Shown here one piece after another: positions 18,459 through 32,440 of a DNA stretch of 64,000 bases. The position numbers were made by a program, and so were the translations under genes. The stretch spans positions 320,001 through 384,000 of the forward strand of contig JBJBCN010000002.1 in the NCBI GenBank assembly GCA_047285805.1. The letters are read 5' to 3'. Positions within the stretch are counted from its first letter, which is position 1. Each line of letters starts with the position of its first letter. Source of the stretch: Synechococcus sp. Lineage in GTDB: Bacteria > Cyanobacteriota > Cyanobacteriia > PCC-6307 > Cyanobiaceae. The notes beneath the pieces were generated by a model. That model worked only from the letters and a program-made list of their open reading frames with translations, made no database searches and was not told the origin of the DNA.

Positions 18459-20285
18459 ATGCCTCGACCGATCGCCCCCGTCTTGGCTGATCTTTTTGCT
18501 GCTGCCTTGCAGCCCGAAGCATTGATCACGCTGCTGGTGCTGATCGGCTCGGTTGTGCTGTTTGTTTCCGGTTGGCTGGCCCCGGATCTCACGGGTCTGC
18601 TGGCCGCCGGTTTGCTGGTCAGCTTTCACGTGATTGAGCCGCGGGAGGCCCTGGAGGGTTTTGGCAGCCCGGCCCTAATCACCCTGGCCGGCCTGTTTGC
18701 GATTTCCGCGGGACTGTTCCGCAGTGGTGGTTTGGATCGTCTTCGGGCCTTGATTGGCTCCGATGCGATTCGCAGCCCAAAGCGAATGATCGCCCTGATG
18801 GTGACGGTGGTGGGCCCCGTTTCTGCAGTGGTCCCCAACACCCCGATCGTGGCCAGCCTTCTGCCGGTGGTCGAGGGCTGGTGCAAGCGCCGCCGCATTC
18901 CCCCGTCGAAGGTGCTCCTCCCCTTGTCCTTCGCGACGGTGCTCGGGGGCACCATCACCCTGTTGGGCAGTTCGGTGAACTTGCTGGCAAGTGAGGTCAG
19001 CAGCCGTCTGGGTTACGGCAGTTTTGGCCTGTTTAGCTTTACCCCGATTGGCTTGGGGGTCTGGTTGCTGGGCGGCTCCGTGATGGTGCTGCTCGCCGAT
19101 CGTTTTCTGCCGGACCGGGGGCGTGATGACGATGACCTGATCGCCGATCTCTCCAGCAGTGGCTATTTGACCGAGGTCAAGATTCCCCTGGGCTCTGAGC
19201 TCATTGGTCAATCGCTCCATGCCACCCGCCTGCAACGGCGCTTTGACCTCGATGTCCTCGAGCTCCATCGCGGCAGGGAGCGCTTCATGCCGCCCCTGGC
19301 TGATCGCACGTTGATGCTGGGCGACCGGTTGCTACTGCGCTGCAACCGCGACGACCTGCTGCGGCTGCAGCAGGACCACACGGTGGTGTTGGCCCCCACG
19401 CCGGAGCAGCCGGTGAGCTTGGAAGACAACAGTCAGCGGATGGTGGAGGTGCTGTTGCCTTCGGGGTCCACCTTGGCTGGGGACTGCCTGCGAGATTTGC
19501 GCTTCAGGCAGCGTTACAACGCCACGGTTCTCGCCTTGCGCCGCGGCAATGCAGTTCTGCGGGAGCGGCTGGGCCGGGTTCAGCTGCGCGAGGGCGATGT
19601 CCTTCTGCTTCAGGGACCAAAAGACGCCATCCGTGGCCTTCAGGCCAGCAACGACCTGGTCGTCCTCGAGCAGCTGGAGAAGGATCTGCCGACGGTGAGC
19701 CGCAAGCGCTTGGCTCTGCTGATTGCGGCCCTGGTGCTGCTTCTGCCCAGTTTTGAGGTCATCCCTCTGGTCGCGTCCGTCCTGCTGGGCACGGTGGCGA
19801 TGGTGGTGACGGGTTGCCTGCGGGCCGGTGAATTGCAGCGGGTCGTGCGCCTAGATGTTCTAGTGCTCCTGGGCTCCTTGGCTAGCTTCAGCGTCGCCCT
19901 TGAGAAAACGGGTTTGGCTTCGGCCCTCGCCCAGGCGTTGTTGCTCGGCCTCAGTAACTGGCCTGTCTACGGCGCCATGGTGGTGGTCTTCCTCTTCACG
20001 GTGGCCCTGACGGAGGTGATGAGCAACGCCGCCACGGTGGCGATGTTGATTCCAGTCGCTGGTCAATTGGCCCAGGGGTTGGGTTTGCCGCCGATAGCCC
20101 TGATCTACATCGTGCTGTTCGGCGCCAGCCAGAGCTTTCTGAGCCCCGTCGGCTATCAAACCAATCTGATGGTCTACGGCCCGGGTCGCTATCACTTCTT
20201 GGACGTCTCCCGCTACGGCTTCCCCTTAACCATTGCCATGGCCATCGCTGTGCCCTGGATGGTCTGCCGTTGGTTCGGCCTGTAG
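18459..20285 (+). CDS. SLC13/DASS permease with TrkA-C domains (putative sulfate/anion transporter)
   Basis: LLGSSVNL, two RCK-C repeats, SPVGYQTNLMVYGPG. Confidence 0.9.
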   Translation: MPRPIAPVLADLFAAALQPEALITLLVLIGSVVLFVSGWLAPDLTGLLAAGLLVSFHVIEPREALEGFGSPALITLAGLFAISAGLFRSGGLDRLRALIGSDAIRSPKRMIALMVTVVGPVSAVVPNTPIVASLLPVVEGWCKRRRIPPSKVLLPLSFATVLGGTITLLGSSVNLLASEVSSRLGYGSFGLFSFTPIGLGVWLLGGSVMVLLADRFLPDRGRDDDDLIADLSSSGYLTEVKIPLGSELIGQSLHATRLQRRFDLDVLELHRGRERFMPPLADRTLMLGDRLLLRCNRDDLLRLQQDHTVVLAPTPEQPVSLEDNSQRMVEVLLPSGSTLAGDCLRDLRFRQRYNATVLALRRGNAVLRERLGRVQLREGDVLLLQGPKDAIRGLQASNDLVVLEQLEKDLPTVSRKRLALLIAALVLLLPSFEVIPLVASVLLGTVAMVVTGCLRAGELQRVVRLDVLVLLGSLASFSVALEKTGLASALAQALLLGLSNWPVYGAMVVVFLFTVALTEVMSNAATVAMLIPVAGQLAQGLGLPPIALIYIVLFGASQSFLSPVGYQTNLMVYGPGRYHFLDVSRYGFPLTIAMAIAVPWMVCRWFGL

Positions 20286-20299
20286 AACGTGGGTCTCCA

Positions 20300-20779
20300 G
20301 TGACGGAACACCCTTCGATGAGCGGGCCTAAGGCTTGGCTGAGGCGCTTGCGTCAGTGGCTGCTTTGGCTGTGGCACCACGAGGCCTCGGTCGGTCAGAA
20401 GGCCCGCGGATTAGCCGCCGGCGTGTTCATGGGGTGTTTCCCCATCTTTGGCTTGCAGACCCTGCTGGGGATTGCACTGGCCAGCTTGGTGCGCGGTAAC
20501 CACATCCTGGCTGCGGCGGGCACTTGGATCAGCAATCCCCTGACCTATATCCCTCTTTACTGGCTCAACTACGCCGTGGGCTGCAGGGTGCTGGGCCCGG
20601 GTCCCGCCTTGCCCTCTCTCGAAGCGCTTCAGCAGGGTGGACTCTTGGAGCTGGGACTGGCGATGAGTTCTCGCCTGTTGCTCGGATCCATCTTGGTGGG
20701 ATTGGCCAGTGCGGGGCTGTTTGGTGGTCTCTATTGGTGGCTGCTCAAGCGCAGTAAGGGCGCCAGCGCTCACACTTAA
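20300..20779 (+). CDS. DUF2062 membrane protein
   Basis: ARGLAAGVFMGCFPIFGLQT, GTWISNPLT. Confidence 0.85.
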   Translation: MTEHPSMSGPKAWLRRLRQWLLWLWHHEASVGQKARGLAAGVFMGCFPIFGLQTLLGIALASLVRGNHILAAAGTWISNPLTYIPLYWLNYAVGCRVLGPGPALPSLEALQQGGLLELGLAMSSRLLLGSILVGLASAGLFGGLYWWLLKRSKGASAHT

Positions 20780-21771
20780 TTCTCGCTGGGCAGCCGCTTC
20801 CAGCCGGCCAGCACGCCCAGGATGTCGGCAGCACTGACTAGGCCGACGAAAGCCCCGAATTCATCCACGACGACGCGGACGGAGCTGCGGTCGCCTCGTC
20901 GGAAGCTGGTCAGGAGTCGATCGGCGCGAATCATCTCAGGTACGAACTGCGGCGCATCGCAGAGCTGGCTGATTAGGCGGTAGCCGCCGCCGCTGAGCAG
21001 TTCAGCCATGGCCCGCTCGCGGCTTAGGACCCCGAGGACCTCATCCACCTCTTCTCCAAGGACCACCCACCAGGCATCATCGGGGGCTTCCAGGATCTCC
21101 TGGCGCACCGAGTCCAGGCTGGCGCTGCCGGAGAGGGAGGGGGTGGCGACCCGCGAGACCATTAGGTCCCTGGCGGTGAGGTCGTTGAGGGCAAAGACCT
21201 TGCCGATCATTGCAGCTTCGTCGGCTTCGATTTGACCCTGTTGCGAGCCCAGGCGAGCCATCAAGTGGATCTCACGTTCGTTGGTCGTGAGTTCGTTCTT
21301 GGCGGTGATGGCCGGCATCAGCTTCTCGAGAACCAGCAGTAGGGGCAAGGTCAGGCGCTCGAGCATCAGCAGGATGCGCGCCGAGACCAAGGAGATGGGC
21401 ATGGCGAAGCTGTTGCCAATCGTCTTCGGCAGGATTTCAGCGAAGAGGATCACGGCCACCGTGAATCCCACGTTGAAGAGCAGCAGCGCCCAGCGGCCCC
21501 CAACGTTCTCGAAGACCTGGTTGGCCTGACTGCCCAGCAGGATGGAGCCGGAGATGTTGAAGAGGTTGTTGATCACCACGAGCAGCACCAGGGCTCGTCC
21601 CGGTCTGGCCTTAATCCGCTCCAGCGCCTTCGATCCGGCCACCCGCTGTTGCTTGAGGGTGTGGACCTGAATCGGATTCGCCGTCAACATGGCGGCTTCC
21701 GCACTGGAGGCCAACGCCGAGCCCATCAGGATCAGCACTGCCATCACCAGCAGCACAACGATCGGATTCAT
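20776..21771 (-). CDS. CNNM/DUF21 + CBS domain protein
   Basis: SSAEAA, INNLFNI, FAEILPK, VVVDEFG. Confidence 0.88.
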   Translation of the reverse strand: MNPIVVLLVMAVLILMGSALASSAEAAMLTANPIQVHTLKQQRVAGSKALERIKARPGRALVLLVVINNLFNISGSILLGSQANQVFENVGGRWALLLFNVGFTVAVILFAEILPKTIGNSFAMPISLVSARILLMLERLTLPLLLVLEKLMPAITAKNELTTNEREIHLMARLGSQQGQIEADEAAMIGKVFALNDLTARDLMVSRVATPSLSGSASLDSVRQEILEAPDDAWWVVLGEEVDEVLGVLSRERAMAELLSGGGYRLISQLCDAPQFVPEMIRADRLLTSFRRGDRSSVRVVVDEFGAFVGLVSAADILGVLAGWKRLPSEN

Positions 21772-21821
21772 GGACTGGTGGACGCTGCGAGATCGATCGG
21801 ACCTTACCTACGGTTTGCGGG

Positions 21822-23225
21822 ATGAACCCGTCTTCGAGCAATCCAGTTAGGGCGCTGCAGCGTTGGCGTCAGCAGCTCACGGTGCCGCAGTTCACCGTGG
21901 TGACGGGTCTGTTGGTCATCGTTCTGGCGACGCTGCTCCTCTCGACACCGCTCTGCTCGACCAGCAACGTTGGCCTCTGGCAAGCCTTGTTCACGGCCAC
22001 CTCGGCAATCACCGTGACGGGACTCACGGTGATTGATATCGGCGAAGACCTGACCTTCGCCGGGCAGGTGGTGCTGGCCGGTCTGATCGTCACCGGTGGC
22101 CTCGGCTTGATGGCGATTACGACCTTTCTGCAGGGCTTCGTTCAGGGGCGATCTGGTTTGCGGCATCGCCTCGACAAGGGGCGTTCCCTCGATGAGTTTG
22201 GCGTCGGTGGCATTGGACCCACCTTCCACAGCATCCTGCTGGTGGCCCTCTGTGTGATGGGCCTGGGCACGGTGGTGCTCTATAGCTTTGGCTTCAGCGA
22301 CATCGATGACCCCGGCCGCCGGCTGTGGGCCTCGATGTTCCATGCGATCAGCGCATACAACAACGCTGGCTTTGGCCTCTGGTCCAACAGCCTGGAGAAC
22401 TATCGCGATAACTCGGTGGTGACCGGTGTGATCGCTTTGATGATCGTCGTTGGCGGTATCGGCTGGCGGGTGGCCAATGACATCTGGAATAACCGCTTTC
22501 GCTTGGGGCGCCTTCGCCGCCTGAGCCTGCACACCCGACTGGTCATCCGCAGCACTGCCCTGCTCATCGCCATTGGCGCGGCCGGTCTGCTCATCACCGA
22601 GCATTTCGGCTACGGCGCCTCGGCGATGGAGCCCTACAGCTTTTTGCAGCGCCTGCAGATTGTCCTCTTCCAGTCCATCACTACCCGGACCGCTGGCTTC
22701 AACACCATTCCTCTCTCGGCTCACCAGATCACGGATGCCGGCCTGCTGTTGATCATCGTCTTGATGTTCATCGGTGCCAGTCCGGGCGGAACTGGCGGCG
22801 GGGTCAAGACGACGACCTTCGCGATCTTGATGGGGGCGACCCGCTCGACCCTGCAGGGCCGCAGCGATGTCCTCTTGCATCGCCGTCAGATTCCCGATAC
22901 GACGGTTTTGCGTGCCGTTGGGGTCACCTTGGCTTCGGCCTTGTTTGTGGTGTTGATGGCCCTGAGCTTGGGGCTGGGCAATTCCCTGGGACAGCAGCAG
23001 GTCCAGTCCTTCAGTTTCCTGGAGAAGCTCTTCACCTGTGTGTCCGCCTTCGGCACGGTCGGCCTCGATCTGGGGGTGACGGCCCACCTAAACCGCTGGG
23101 GCCAGTTGGTGTTGATGGTTGGGATGTTTGTGGGGCGGGTCGGAATCCTGTTGTTGCTCTCGGCGCTCTACGGCCACCGGCACCAAAATCGCGTCGGCTA
23201 TCCCAAAGAAGATTTGTATGTCTAG
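21822..23225 (+). CDS. ktrB: TrkH/KtrB potassium uptake permease
   Basis: TSAITVTGL, SAYNNAGF, TRTAGF, SAFGTVG selectivity loops. Confidence 0.93.
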   Translation: MNPSSSNPVRALQRWRQQLTVPQFTVVTGLLVIVLATLLLSTPLCSTSNVGLWQALFTATSAITVTGLTVIDIGEDLTFAGQVVLAGLIVTGGLGLMAITTFLQGFVQGRSGLRHRLDKGRSLDEFGVGGIGPTFHSILLVALCVMGLGTVVLYSFGFSDIDDPGRRLWASMFHAISAYNNAGFGLWSNSLENYRDNSVVTGVIALMIVVGGIGWRVANDIWNNRFRLGRLRRLSLHTRLVIRSTALLIAIGAAGLLITEHFGYGASAMEPYSFLQRLQIVLFQSITTRTAGFNTIPLSAHQITDAGLLLIIVLMFIGASPGGTGGGVKTTTFAILMGATRSTLQGRSDVLLHRRQIPDTTVLRAVGVTLASALFVVLMALSLGLGNSLGQQQVQSFSFLEKLFTCVSAFGTVGLDLGVTAHLNRWGQLVLMVGMFVGRVGILLLLSALYGHRHQNRVGYPKEDLYV

Positions 23226-23270
23226 TGGGTTCACCACTTAGAACAGGGGCGTCGAGCTGAATCAGTTGCT

Positions 23271-23975
23271 GTGAATCAGTGGTGGCAGTGGAGCGCTGAA
23301 TCCGGGGTCCGCCGCGGCAGCTTTGCCGTGATCGGGGTCGGACGTTTCGGCTCTTCGGTCTGCTCGGAATTGCTGCAGTCCGGCGCTGGAGTGTTGGCGA
23401 TTGATTCCAGCCAGCGCGCCATCGACGAACTGCGTCAGATCGATCCCGCGATCGAAGCGCGGGTTGTGGATTGCACCGATGAAGAGGCCCTGCGGGCCGC
23501 CGGGGTGCTTGACATGGAGACCGTGGTGGTCGCCATGAGTGAACCGCTGGAGGCCAGCGTCACCGCGACCTTGATCTGCAAAGACTCCGAAGGCAGCCGC
23601 GTTAAGCAGGTGATCGCCCGGGCCACGAGCGACATCCACATGAAGATGTTGAAGCGGGTCGGTGCAGACCGCGTCGTCTTCCCTTCAAAAATGATGGGTC
23701 AGCGCCTGGGAATGGAGCTGGTTCGGCCGAACTTGCTGGAGCAATTGCGGTTGGATGACCGCAGCAGCATTGAAGAGATCAAGGTTCCCGAGGCTTTTGT
23801 GGGCCATTCCTTGCGGGATCTCAACCTGCGCAAGCACTACAACGTCAATGTGCTGGCGGCTGGTCCGGCGGGGGAGCTGCATGTGAACCCTCCGGCGTCC
23901 CACGTGTTGGCGGCGGGGGAGCTGCTGGTGGTGATGGGCTCTGAAGATTCCTTGAGAGCACTGCCGGCCAGTTGA
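23271..23975 (+). CDS. ktrA: KtrA/TrkA RCK regulatory subunit
   Basis: FAVIGVGRFG, GADRVVFP, RCK-C domain. Confidence 0.92.
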   Translation: MNQWWQWSAESGVRRGSFAVIGVGRFGSSVCSELLQSGAGVLAIDSSQRAIDELRQIDPAIEARVVDCTDEEALRAAGVLDMETVVVAMSEPLEASVTATLICKDSEGSRVKQVIARATSDIHMKMLKRVGADRVVFPSKMMGQRLGMELVRPNLLEQLRLDDRSSIEEIKVPEAFVGHSLRDLNLRKHYNVNVLAAGPAGELHVNPPASHVLAAGELLVVMGSEDSLRALPAS

Positions 23976-24059
23976 TGGCCCGCATTTGTGCGCTTTCCCT
24001 CACGCCATAAGTGACGGCTTGTGGCCAAAACGGTTCCGCTCCCCAGTAACCGGCGCTAG

Positions 24060-25364
<1,305 letters not shown>

Positions 25365-25374
25365 TTCGCCACCC

Positions 25375-26958
25375 ATGGAACTCACGCTCTGGACCTACGA
25401 AGGCCCCCCGCACGTCGGGGCCATGCGCATTGCCGCCTCCATGGAGGGGGTGCACTACGTCCTCCATGCCCCGCAGGGGGACACCTACGCCGATTTGTTG
25501 TTTACGATGATCGAGCGACGGGATCGCCGTCCTCCCGTCACCTACACGACCTTCCAGGCCCGGGACCTCGGAGGTGACACGGCGGAGTTGGTAAAGCGCT
25601 CCATTGCCGATGCGGTCGAACGGTTTCAACCCGAGGCCCTGCTGGTGGGTGAGAGCTGCACGGCGGAGTTAATTCAGGACCAACCCGGCGCCCTGGCGGC
25701 TGGCATGGATCTCGGCGGGATTCCGATGGTCAATCTGGAGTTGCCGGCCTATTCGAAAAAGGAGAACTGGGGGGCTGCTGAGACCTTCTACCAACTGGTC
25801 CGCAACCTGCTCAAGCCCCAGTTGCCCGCCCCTGGTGCTCCCAAGCTGGACCCCACCCGCTGGCGCTCCGAGAACCGTCGTCCCCGGGTTAATTTGCTCG
25901 GCCCCTCGCTCTTGGGGTTCCGCTGCCGCGATGACGTGCGGGAGCTAACTCAGCTCTTGGCTGGCTATGGCATCGACGTGGCGGTCGTCGCTCCTCTAGG
26001 GGCCCGGCCGGCAGATCTGCTGCGCATCCCGACGGCCGATGCCAACTTGAACCTCTACCCCGAGGTGTCCGGGTCGGTTTGCAGTTGGCTCGAGCGCCAG
26101 TTCGGCCTGCCGACGGTCAAAACCGTTCCGATCGGCATCGGTGCCACGGTGGAGTTCCTGCGCGAGCTGCATGATGTTTTGGGCCTGGAGCGGCCTGCGG
26201 AGCTGCAGGCTGAGCACCAGTCCCGCTTGCCCTGGTATTCCCGCTCCGTCGATTCCACCTATCTGACTGGGAAACGGGTGTTTGTCTTTGCCGATGGCAC
26301 CCATGCCATCGCAGCTGCCCGGATTGCCAGCCGCGAGCTTGGCTTTGAGGTGGTCGGTCTGGGGACCTACAGCCGGGAGATGGCCAGGGAGGTCAGGGCG
26401 CTGGCGGTTGAGTTGGGGCTGGAGGCCTTGATCACCGATGACTACCTCGCCGTTGAGGCGGCTATGGCCGAGGCCGCACCGGAGTTGGTGCTGGGAACCC
26501 AAATGGAGCGGCACAGCGCCAAGCGCCTCGGGGTCCCCTGCGCGGTCATTAGCGCCCCGCTGCATGTGCAGGATGTGCCGGCCCGCTACGCCCCGCAGAT
26601 GGGTTGGGAGGGGGCCAACGTGATCTTCGACAGTTGGGTTCACCCCCTGATGATGGGGCTGGAGGAACACCTCATCGGGATGTTCCGCCATGACTTTGAG
26701 TTTGTCGACGGCCATCGCAGTCACCTGGGGGATGGTGCTCCCGCTGCACCGCCGGTTGAAGAGACCGCTGCGGTGGCGGTTTCCGTTGCTGGGGTCAGCC
26801 TGAGTTGGAGTTCCGATGGAGAGGCGGAACTGGCGAAGATCCCCTTCTTCGTTCGCGGCAAGGTTCGCAAAAACACCGAGGCCTATGCCCGGGAACAGGG
26901 GCTAGCTGTGATCGACAGCGAAGCCTTGTATGAAGCGAAGGCCCATTACAGCCGCTGA
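25375..26958 (+). CDS. chlB: DPOR subunit B
   Basis: [24 protein letters not shown]-terminal [10 protein letters not shown]. Confidence 0.97.
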   Translation: MELTLWTYEGPPHVGAMRIAASMEGVHYVLHAPQGDTYADLLFTMIERRDRRPPVTYTTFQARDLGGDTAELVKRSIADAVERFQPEALLVGESCTAELIQDQPGALAAGMDLGGIPMVNLELPAYSKKENWGAAETFYQLVRNLLKPQLPAPGAPKLDPTRWRSENRRPRVNLLGPSLLGFRCRDDVRELTQLLAGYGIDVAVVAPLGARPADLLRIPTADANLNLYPEVSGSVCSWLERQFGLPTVKTVPIGIGATVEFLRELHDVLGLERPAELQAEHQSRLPWYSRSVDSTYLTGKRVFVFADGTHAIAAARIASRELGFEVVGLGTYSREMAREVRALAVELGLEALITDDYLAVEAAMAEAAPELVLGTQMERHSAKRLGVPCAVISAPLHVQDVPARYAPQMGWEGANVIFDSWVHPLMMGLEEHLIGMFRHDFEFVDGHRSHLGDGAPAAPPVEETAAVAVSVAGVSLSWSSDGEAELAKIPFFVRGKVRKNTEAYAREQGLAVIDSEALYEAKAHYSR

Positions 26959-27124
26959 TCGTTGCGCTGACCTGAGTATTGCTACCTAAAAATCTGTGTT
27001 GTAATCCGCATTTTTTGCCTAACTGTTTCGCTTTGCGTGTGCCTAGAGGTCAACTGGCCATTGCCGGTCTTGTATAGAGGCAGAGCATGAAAACCAGGGT
27101 TTCTGTGTTCCTGGTTTTTCCTGA

Positions 27125-28012
<888 letters not shown>

Positions 28013-28042
28013 GGGCGGGTCTCAGCTACAGGCGCACCTTCG

Positions 28043-28295
28043 TCACCTCTGCCTTGAGGCTTCCGCCGCGGGTTCCCACATCGATGGGGCCCGCGTGAAG
28101 ATCTCCACTCGAAGGCCAAAGCGGGCAACGCTCCACAGCCCTTGGGCCTGGATCGCGGCGCCGGCTACCGCGGCGAGGGGCGAGAGCAGCGGCTGCAGCC
28201 GGTCCGCTCTTTGGCCGTTCAGCAGCAGGGCTGCGGCGATCCCCCCCACCGAAGCCGACCAGCAGCTGCAGGCAGGATTGGGCGGTGCGGTTCAA
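28043..28295 (-). pseudogene. Small membrane protein frameshifted in a G7 run
   Basis: LNRTAQSCLQLLVGFGGG joins IAAALLLNGQR if one G of the G7 run (28247-28241) is removed; TTG start overlaps the upstream TGA. Confidence 0.4.
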
Positions 28296-28759
28296 GAGCT
28301 CAGGCTCGTGCAGGCTTCCAGTAGGAGGGTCTCGGCTGGGGTGCCGCCGCTGGGAACGCGCCAGTCGCCCCAGTTGGATCCGGCCCGCTTGCGTTTGATG
28401 GTCATGTCCCTGCAGTTCACCGCCAGGGCCCGATCGGGAATGCTGCCCTTGGGATCGCTGTCGGGGGTGGAGGGCCAACTGAGCCCGCCAATCGACGTGG
28501 GTCGTGTCACTGCGTGCCGCCAGGGGGCGATCCAGACGTAGTGGTGGGTGTCAAACGGCTTCCAGCTCTTCCAATCCACTTCCACGTCCCCGAAACGACG
28601 CCAGCGCGCGTGCTCTTCCTGTTGCCGCTCTCGCAGCCGCTCCAGCAGGATCTGTTGTTCGGTTGCGCTTGCAGTATTCGCCAGCGCACTAAGAGTGCCT
28701 GTGCTCAGCAGTAGCAAGCCCCCTTTGAGCAAGGCAAAAAGGCGAGCACGGCGCGTCAT
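28292..28759 (-). CDS. Exported hypothetical protein
   Basis: Signal-peptide-like N-terminus; WRRFGDVEVDWKSW, LAVNC, terminal LLEAC; ATGA overlap with the upstream ORF. Confidence 0.6.
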   Translation of the reverse strand: MTRRARLFALLKGGLLLLSTGTLSALANTASATEQQILLERLRERQQEEHARWRRFGDVEVDWKSWKPFDTHHYVWIAPWRHAVTRPTSIGGLSWPSTPDSDPKGSIPDRALAVNCRDMTIKRKRAGSNWGDWRVPSGGTPAETLLLEACTSLSS

Positions 28760-29213
28760 GGCAGTTTGGGCAGCGGCAGGGGCGAGATCGACTTCAGGGC
28801 GTCCTTGATCGAGACGGTGACATTGCCGCCGATCTGGTTCACTCCCACCTCGCCACTCACCAGCAGCGGTTCCTCGCTGACGATCTCCACCGCTTCGACG
28901 ATCTTCTCAACGGCCACAGGCTTCTGGATCCGTGTCACACATACCGGCAGGGACTCATTGGCTCTGAAGGCAACGGGCAGGGAGCCATTGGCCTGGTCTT
29001 GCACCGGGCTCACGATCTTCTCGACCTGGATAGGCCCCTTCAGGACCATCGGAAAGGGAATCGGCCGCTTCACGGCGATCGGAATGGGTTGCCCCCAGAT
29101 CTGGATGGCTGACAGGGCTGTTGACCAGGTCGTGAGGACAATCGCCGGGGCCAGCGACTGGCCATGGCCAGCAGGAACCAGCGGGGCTGGACCTCCTGGT
29201 TCAGTGGATTCAC
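28756..29213 (-). pseudogene. Probable frameshifted hypothetical protein (V/P/I-rich repeats)
   Basis: QPRWFLLAMA continues as SLAPAIVLTTWSTAL...VEKIVSPV..VEKIVEAV in another frame; start uncertain. Confidence 0.4.
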
Positions 29214-29303
29214 CGGCCTGCCCATCGGCAACCCTGCAAGGCTTGCCTCAGGCAAACATCACCGATGAAGGGTTGTCATCCCTACTGAGGACTAGACGTT
29301 CGC

Positions 29304-30356
<1,053 letters not shown>

Positions 30357-30887
30357 TTAGGGGGTCGGGTCTGTCTTGGATGGTTGCTGATTGGAATCCG
30401 GTTTGGTTTGCTTCCAGACCACTCGGAGCCTGTTCGGGGCAATCCACTGATCTTGTTCTTGGATCAGCTTTTGTTCTCCGCCCACGCTGAAGAGGCGATC
30501 AAAGCGGTTTTGAGCCTTGAGCAGCTTCGCTTTTTGGATGTCCAATACGGCGGTGACTTCGCCGTAGCGATCGAGGCGTTCCTGGTAGGCGCCGGCCAGT
30601 CGCACCAGGCTGACAACTGCCACCAGGCAAAGGCCAATCTTGAGTGATAGTCCGATCGTGCCGTAGAGCAGCTCTTGAGTGGGACTCGATGCTCGCAGCT
30701 GCTGGGCAGGAGAGGTTTCAACGACGCTCAGCTTGGCGTCTCGCGGTTTACGACCGGCGTGACGCTGGCCCAGGGCAGAATCAGGTTTGTTGCCTTGAGA
30801 AGTTCTGTTCCGATTTGCTGATCGCCTTTGCGATGGCCGGGCAGATCGGGAGGGACTCAAGGGTGTGGATATGTCGGGAGAGACCAA
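30357..30887 (-). CDS. Conserved hypothetical membrane protein
   Basis: AYQERLDR...QEQDQWIAPNRLRVVW; start uncertain. Confidence 0.75.
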   Translation of the reverse strand: MVSPDISTPLSPSRSARPSQRRSANRNRTSQGNKPDSALGQRHAGRKPRDAKLSVVETSPAQQLRASSPTQELLYGTIGLSLKIGLCLVAVVSLVRLAGAYQERLDRYGEVTAVLDIQKAKLLKAQNRFDRLFSVGGEQKLIQEQDQWIAPNRLRVVWKQTKPDSNQQPSKTDPTP

Positions 30888-30923
30888 CCGCTTCTAGCAG
30901 TTTGTCTCTCCCGTGCCAAGGGA

Positions 30924-31022
30924 TCAGGCGCGATAGAGGCTGGCGGCGAGACGCACTGCAAGCACGCCAGCGTGGGCGGCCACCACCAGGGCAATCAGAA
31001 CTTCAGCCTGGGTGAGGGACAT
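30924..31022 (-). CDS. psaM: Photosystem I subunit XII
   Basis: MSLTQAEVLIALVVAAHAGVLAVRLAASLYRA. Confidence 0.92.
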   Translation of the reverse strand: MSLTQAEVLIALVVAAHAGVLAVRLAASLYRA

Positions 31023-31155
31023 GACCGTCGAGAAAAACACCAACTCATTCTCACGTAGATGTGCGTTCTGGCTAGTGAGAAGGCCTTGGCCTGTCACAGC
31101 TCGACACCCCTGGGTGAGGGCCTCGCTACGGTCAATCGGCACTGCTTAAGGCGTT

Positions 31156-31641
31156 TTGGTGTCTGGTCTGGCTCCTGGAAGCACGGTGTCGATTTCGGCG
31201 CAACAGGTTCAAGACCAGAGCCTCGAGCCCCTTCAGCCTTGGTTTGCATTGGATCCCAAGGACCTGCTGCAGGCCAGCGGCAGTCTCACCCTGGCCTTCG
31301 ATTGGCCGCGCTCGGCTGAGGATCCCCGCGAGCTCTCTGAAATCACTGAGCTGCGTCTCTGGAGCCTGCGTGTTGATGCCCTCTGTCCTTGGCTGCCGAT
31401 CCTGCTCGAGCGCAGTAGTGGTCAGTTGACCCGCCACGTGGCAATGCTGCTGCCCCATCAATTCAGCCGCAGTGATGGGATTCGCTTTGCTCCAGACAGC
31501 CTGGAGCTCTGGATGACCCATCGCCTCTATCTGCTCGATCACTGGTCCCGGGGATACGCCCTGAACTGCCGGGGCAACCTTGAGCAGATGGCTGCGGTGC
31601 TTGGTTTTGAGCTGGACGGCAGCTTCTGGACAGACCACTAG
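31156..31641 (+). CDS. CRR6-family NdhI maturation factor
   Basis: DPRELSEITELRLW, AMLLPHQFS..GIRF. Confidence 0.88.
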   Translation: MVSGLAPGSTVSISAQQVQDQSLEPLQPWFALDPKDLLQASGSLTLAFDWPRSAEDPRELSEITELRLWSLRVDALCPWLPILLERSSGQLTRHVAMLLPHQFSRSDGIRFAPDSLELWMTHRLYLLDHWSRGYALNCRGNLEQMAAVLGFELDGSFWTDH

Positions 31642-31645
31642 GGGA

Positions 31646-32398
31646 TTAGATCCAGAGCAGCAGGGCTCGCCGGCCTACATCAACGGCCAGCAGGATGCAG
31701 AGCAGTCGGATCAGCCCCACCAGGCGTTGTTCGGACACTTTTTGCAGGTGAGCGGCTGACCACTGGGCGGCTGAGGCGGCTGCGGCCCCGAGGACCAAGC
31801 CGATCAGAAGCTGTGCCCTGCCGTCGCCCCAAAACGTGAGGGCAGCCACCAGGGACGAGGCAAAGACCGCCATCGTGCTCAGCCGGATCGCTAGGTAGAC
31901 CCCCAGCCGTAGGCCGCGCACCATCAGCGGCACCATCACGAGCCCGCCGCCGACCCCGAATAAGCCGCTGGAGAGACCCGCCACCAGGCCGACGCCTATT
32001 AAGCAGGGCACCGGCACGCTGCTGCGGCTCTCGCCATGGGCTTGTTTGGGCGCAATCACCAGGGCCAGAAGCCCGTACATCAGGGTTTGCAGCGCCAGCA
32101 GTTGCCATCCCTCCAGGCTGTGGCCAACCCGGCTGAAGAGCCCGCCGCCAAAGGCGGCCCCCGCACAGATTGCAATGGCAGCTTGTCTGGGGACCTGACC
32201 GCTGCGCCAGTGGGTCAGGCTTCCCGCCATCGTGGTGGGAACGATGGCCAAGGTGCTGGTGGCGAGAGCCTGATGGGGCGGCAGTCCAATCCAGAGCAGC
32301 AGTGGCGAGAAAACCAGTCCCCCGCCGATGCCGAGCAATCCCGAGAGCAATCCAGCCAAGAGGCCAAGGGGCAGCAGAGGCAGGAGCTCCCAGGGCAT
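31646..32398 (-). CDS. TauE/SafE sulfite exporter family
   Basis: Duplicated SGLLGIGGG / SGLFGVGGG, ALATS; start uncertain. Confidence 0.87.
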   Translation of the reverse strand: MPWELLPLLPLGLLAGLLSGLLGIGGGLVFSPLLLWIGLPPHQALATSTLAIVPTTMAGSLTHWRSGQVPRQAAIAICAGAAFGGGLFSRVGHSLEGWQLLALQTLMYGLLALVIAPKQAHGESRSSVPVPCLIGVGLVAGLSSGLFGVGGGLVMVPLMVRGLRLGVYLAIRLSTMAVFASSLVAALTFWGDGRAQLLIGLVLGAAAASAAQWSAAHLQKVSEQRLVGLIRLLCILLAVDVGRRALLLWI

Positions 32399-32440
32399 GG
32401 CTTCGCCTGCTGCAATGGCCAGGCGCATCCTGTCAGTTCG

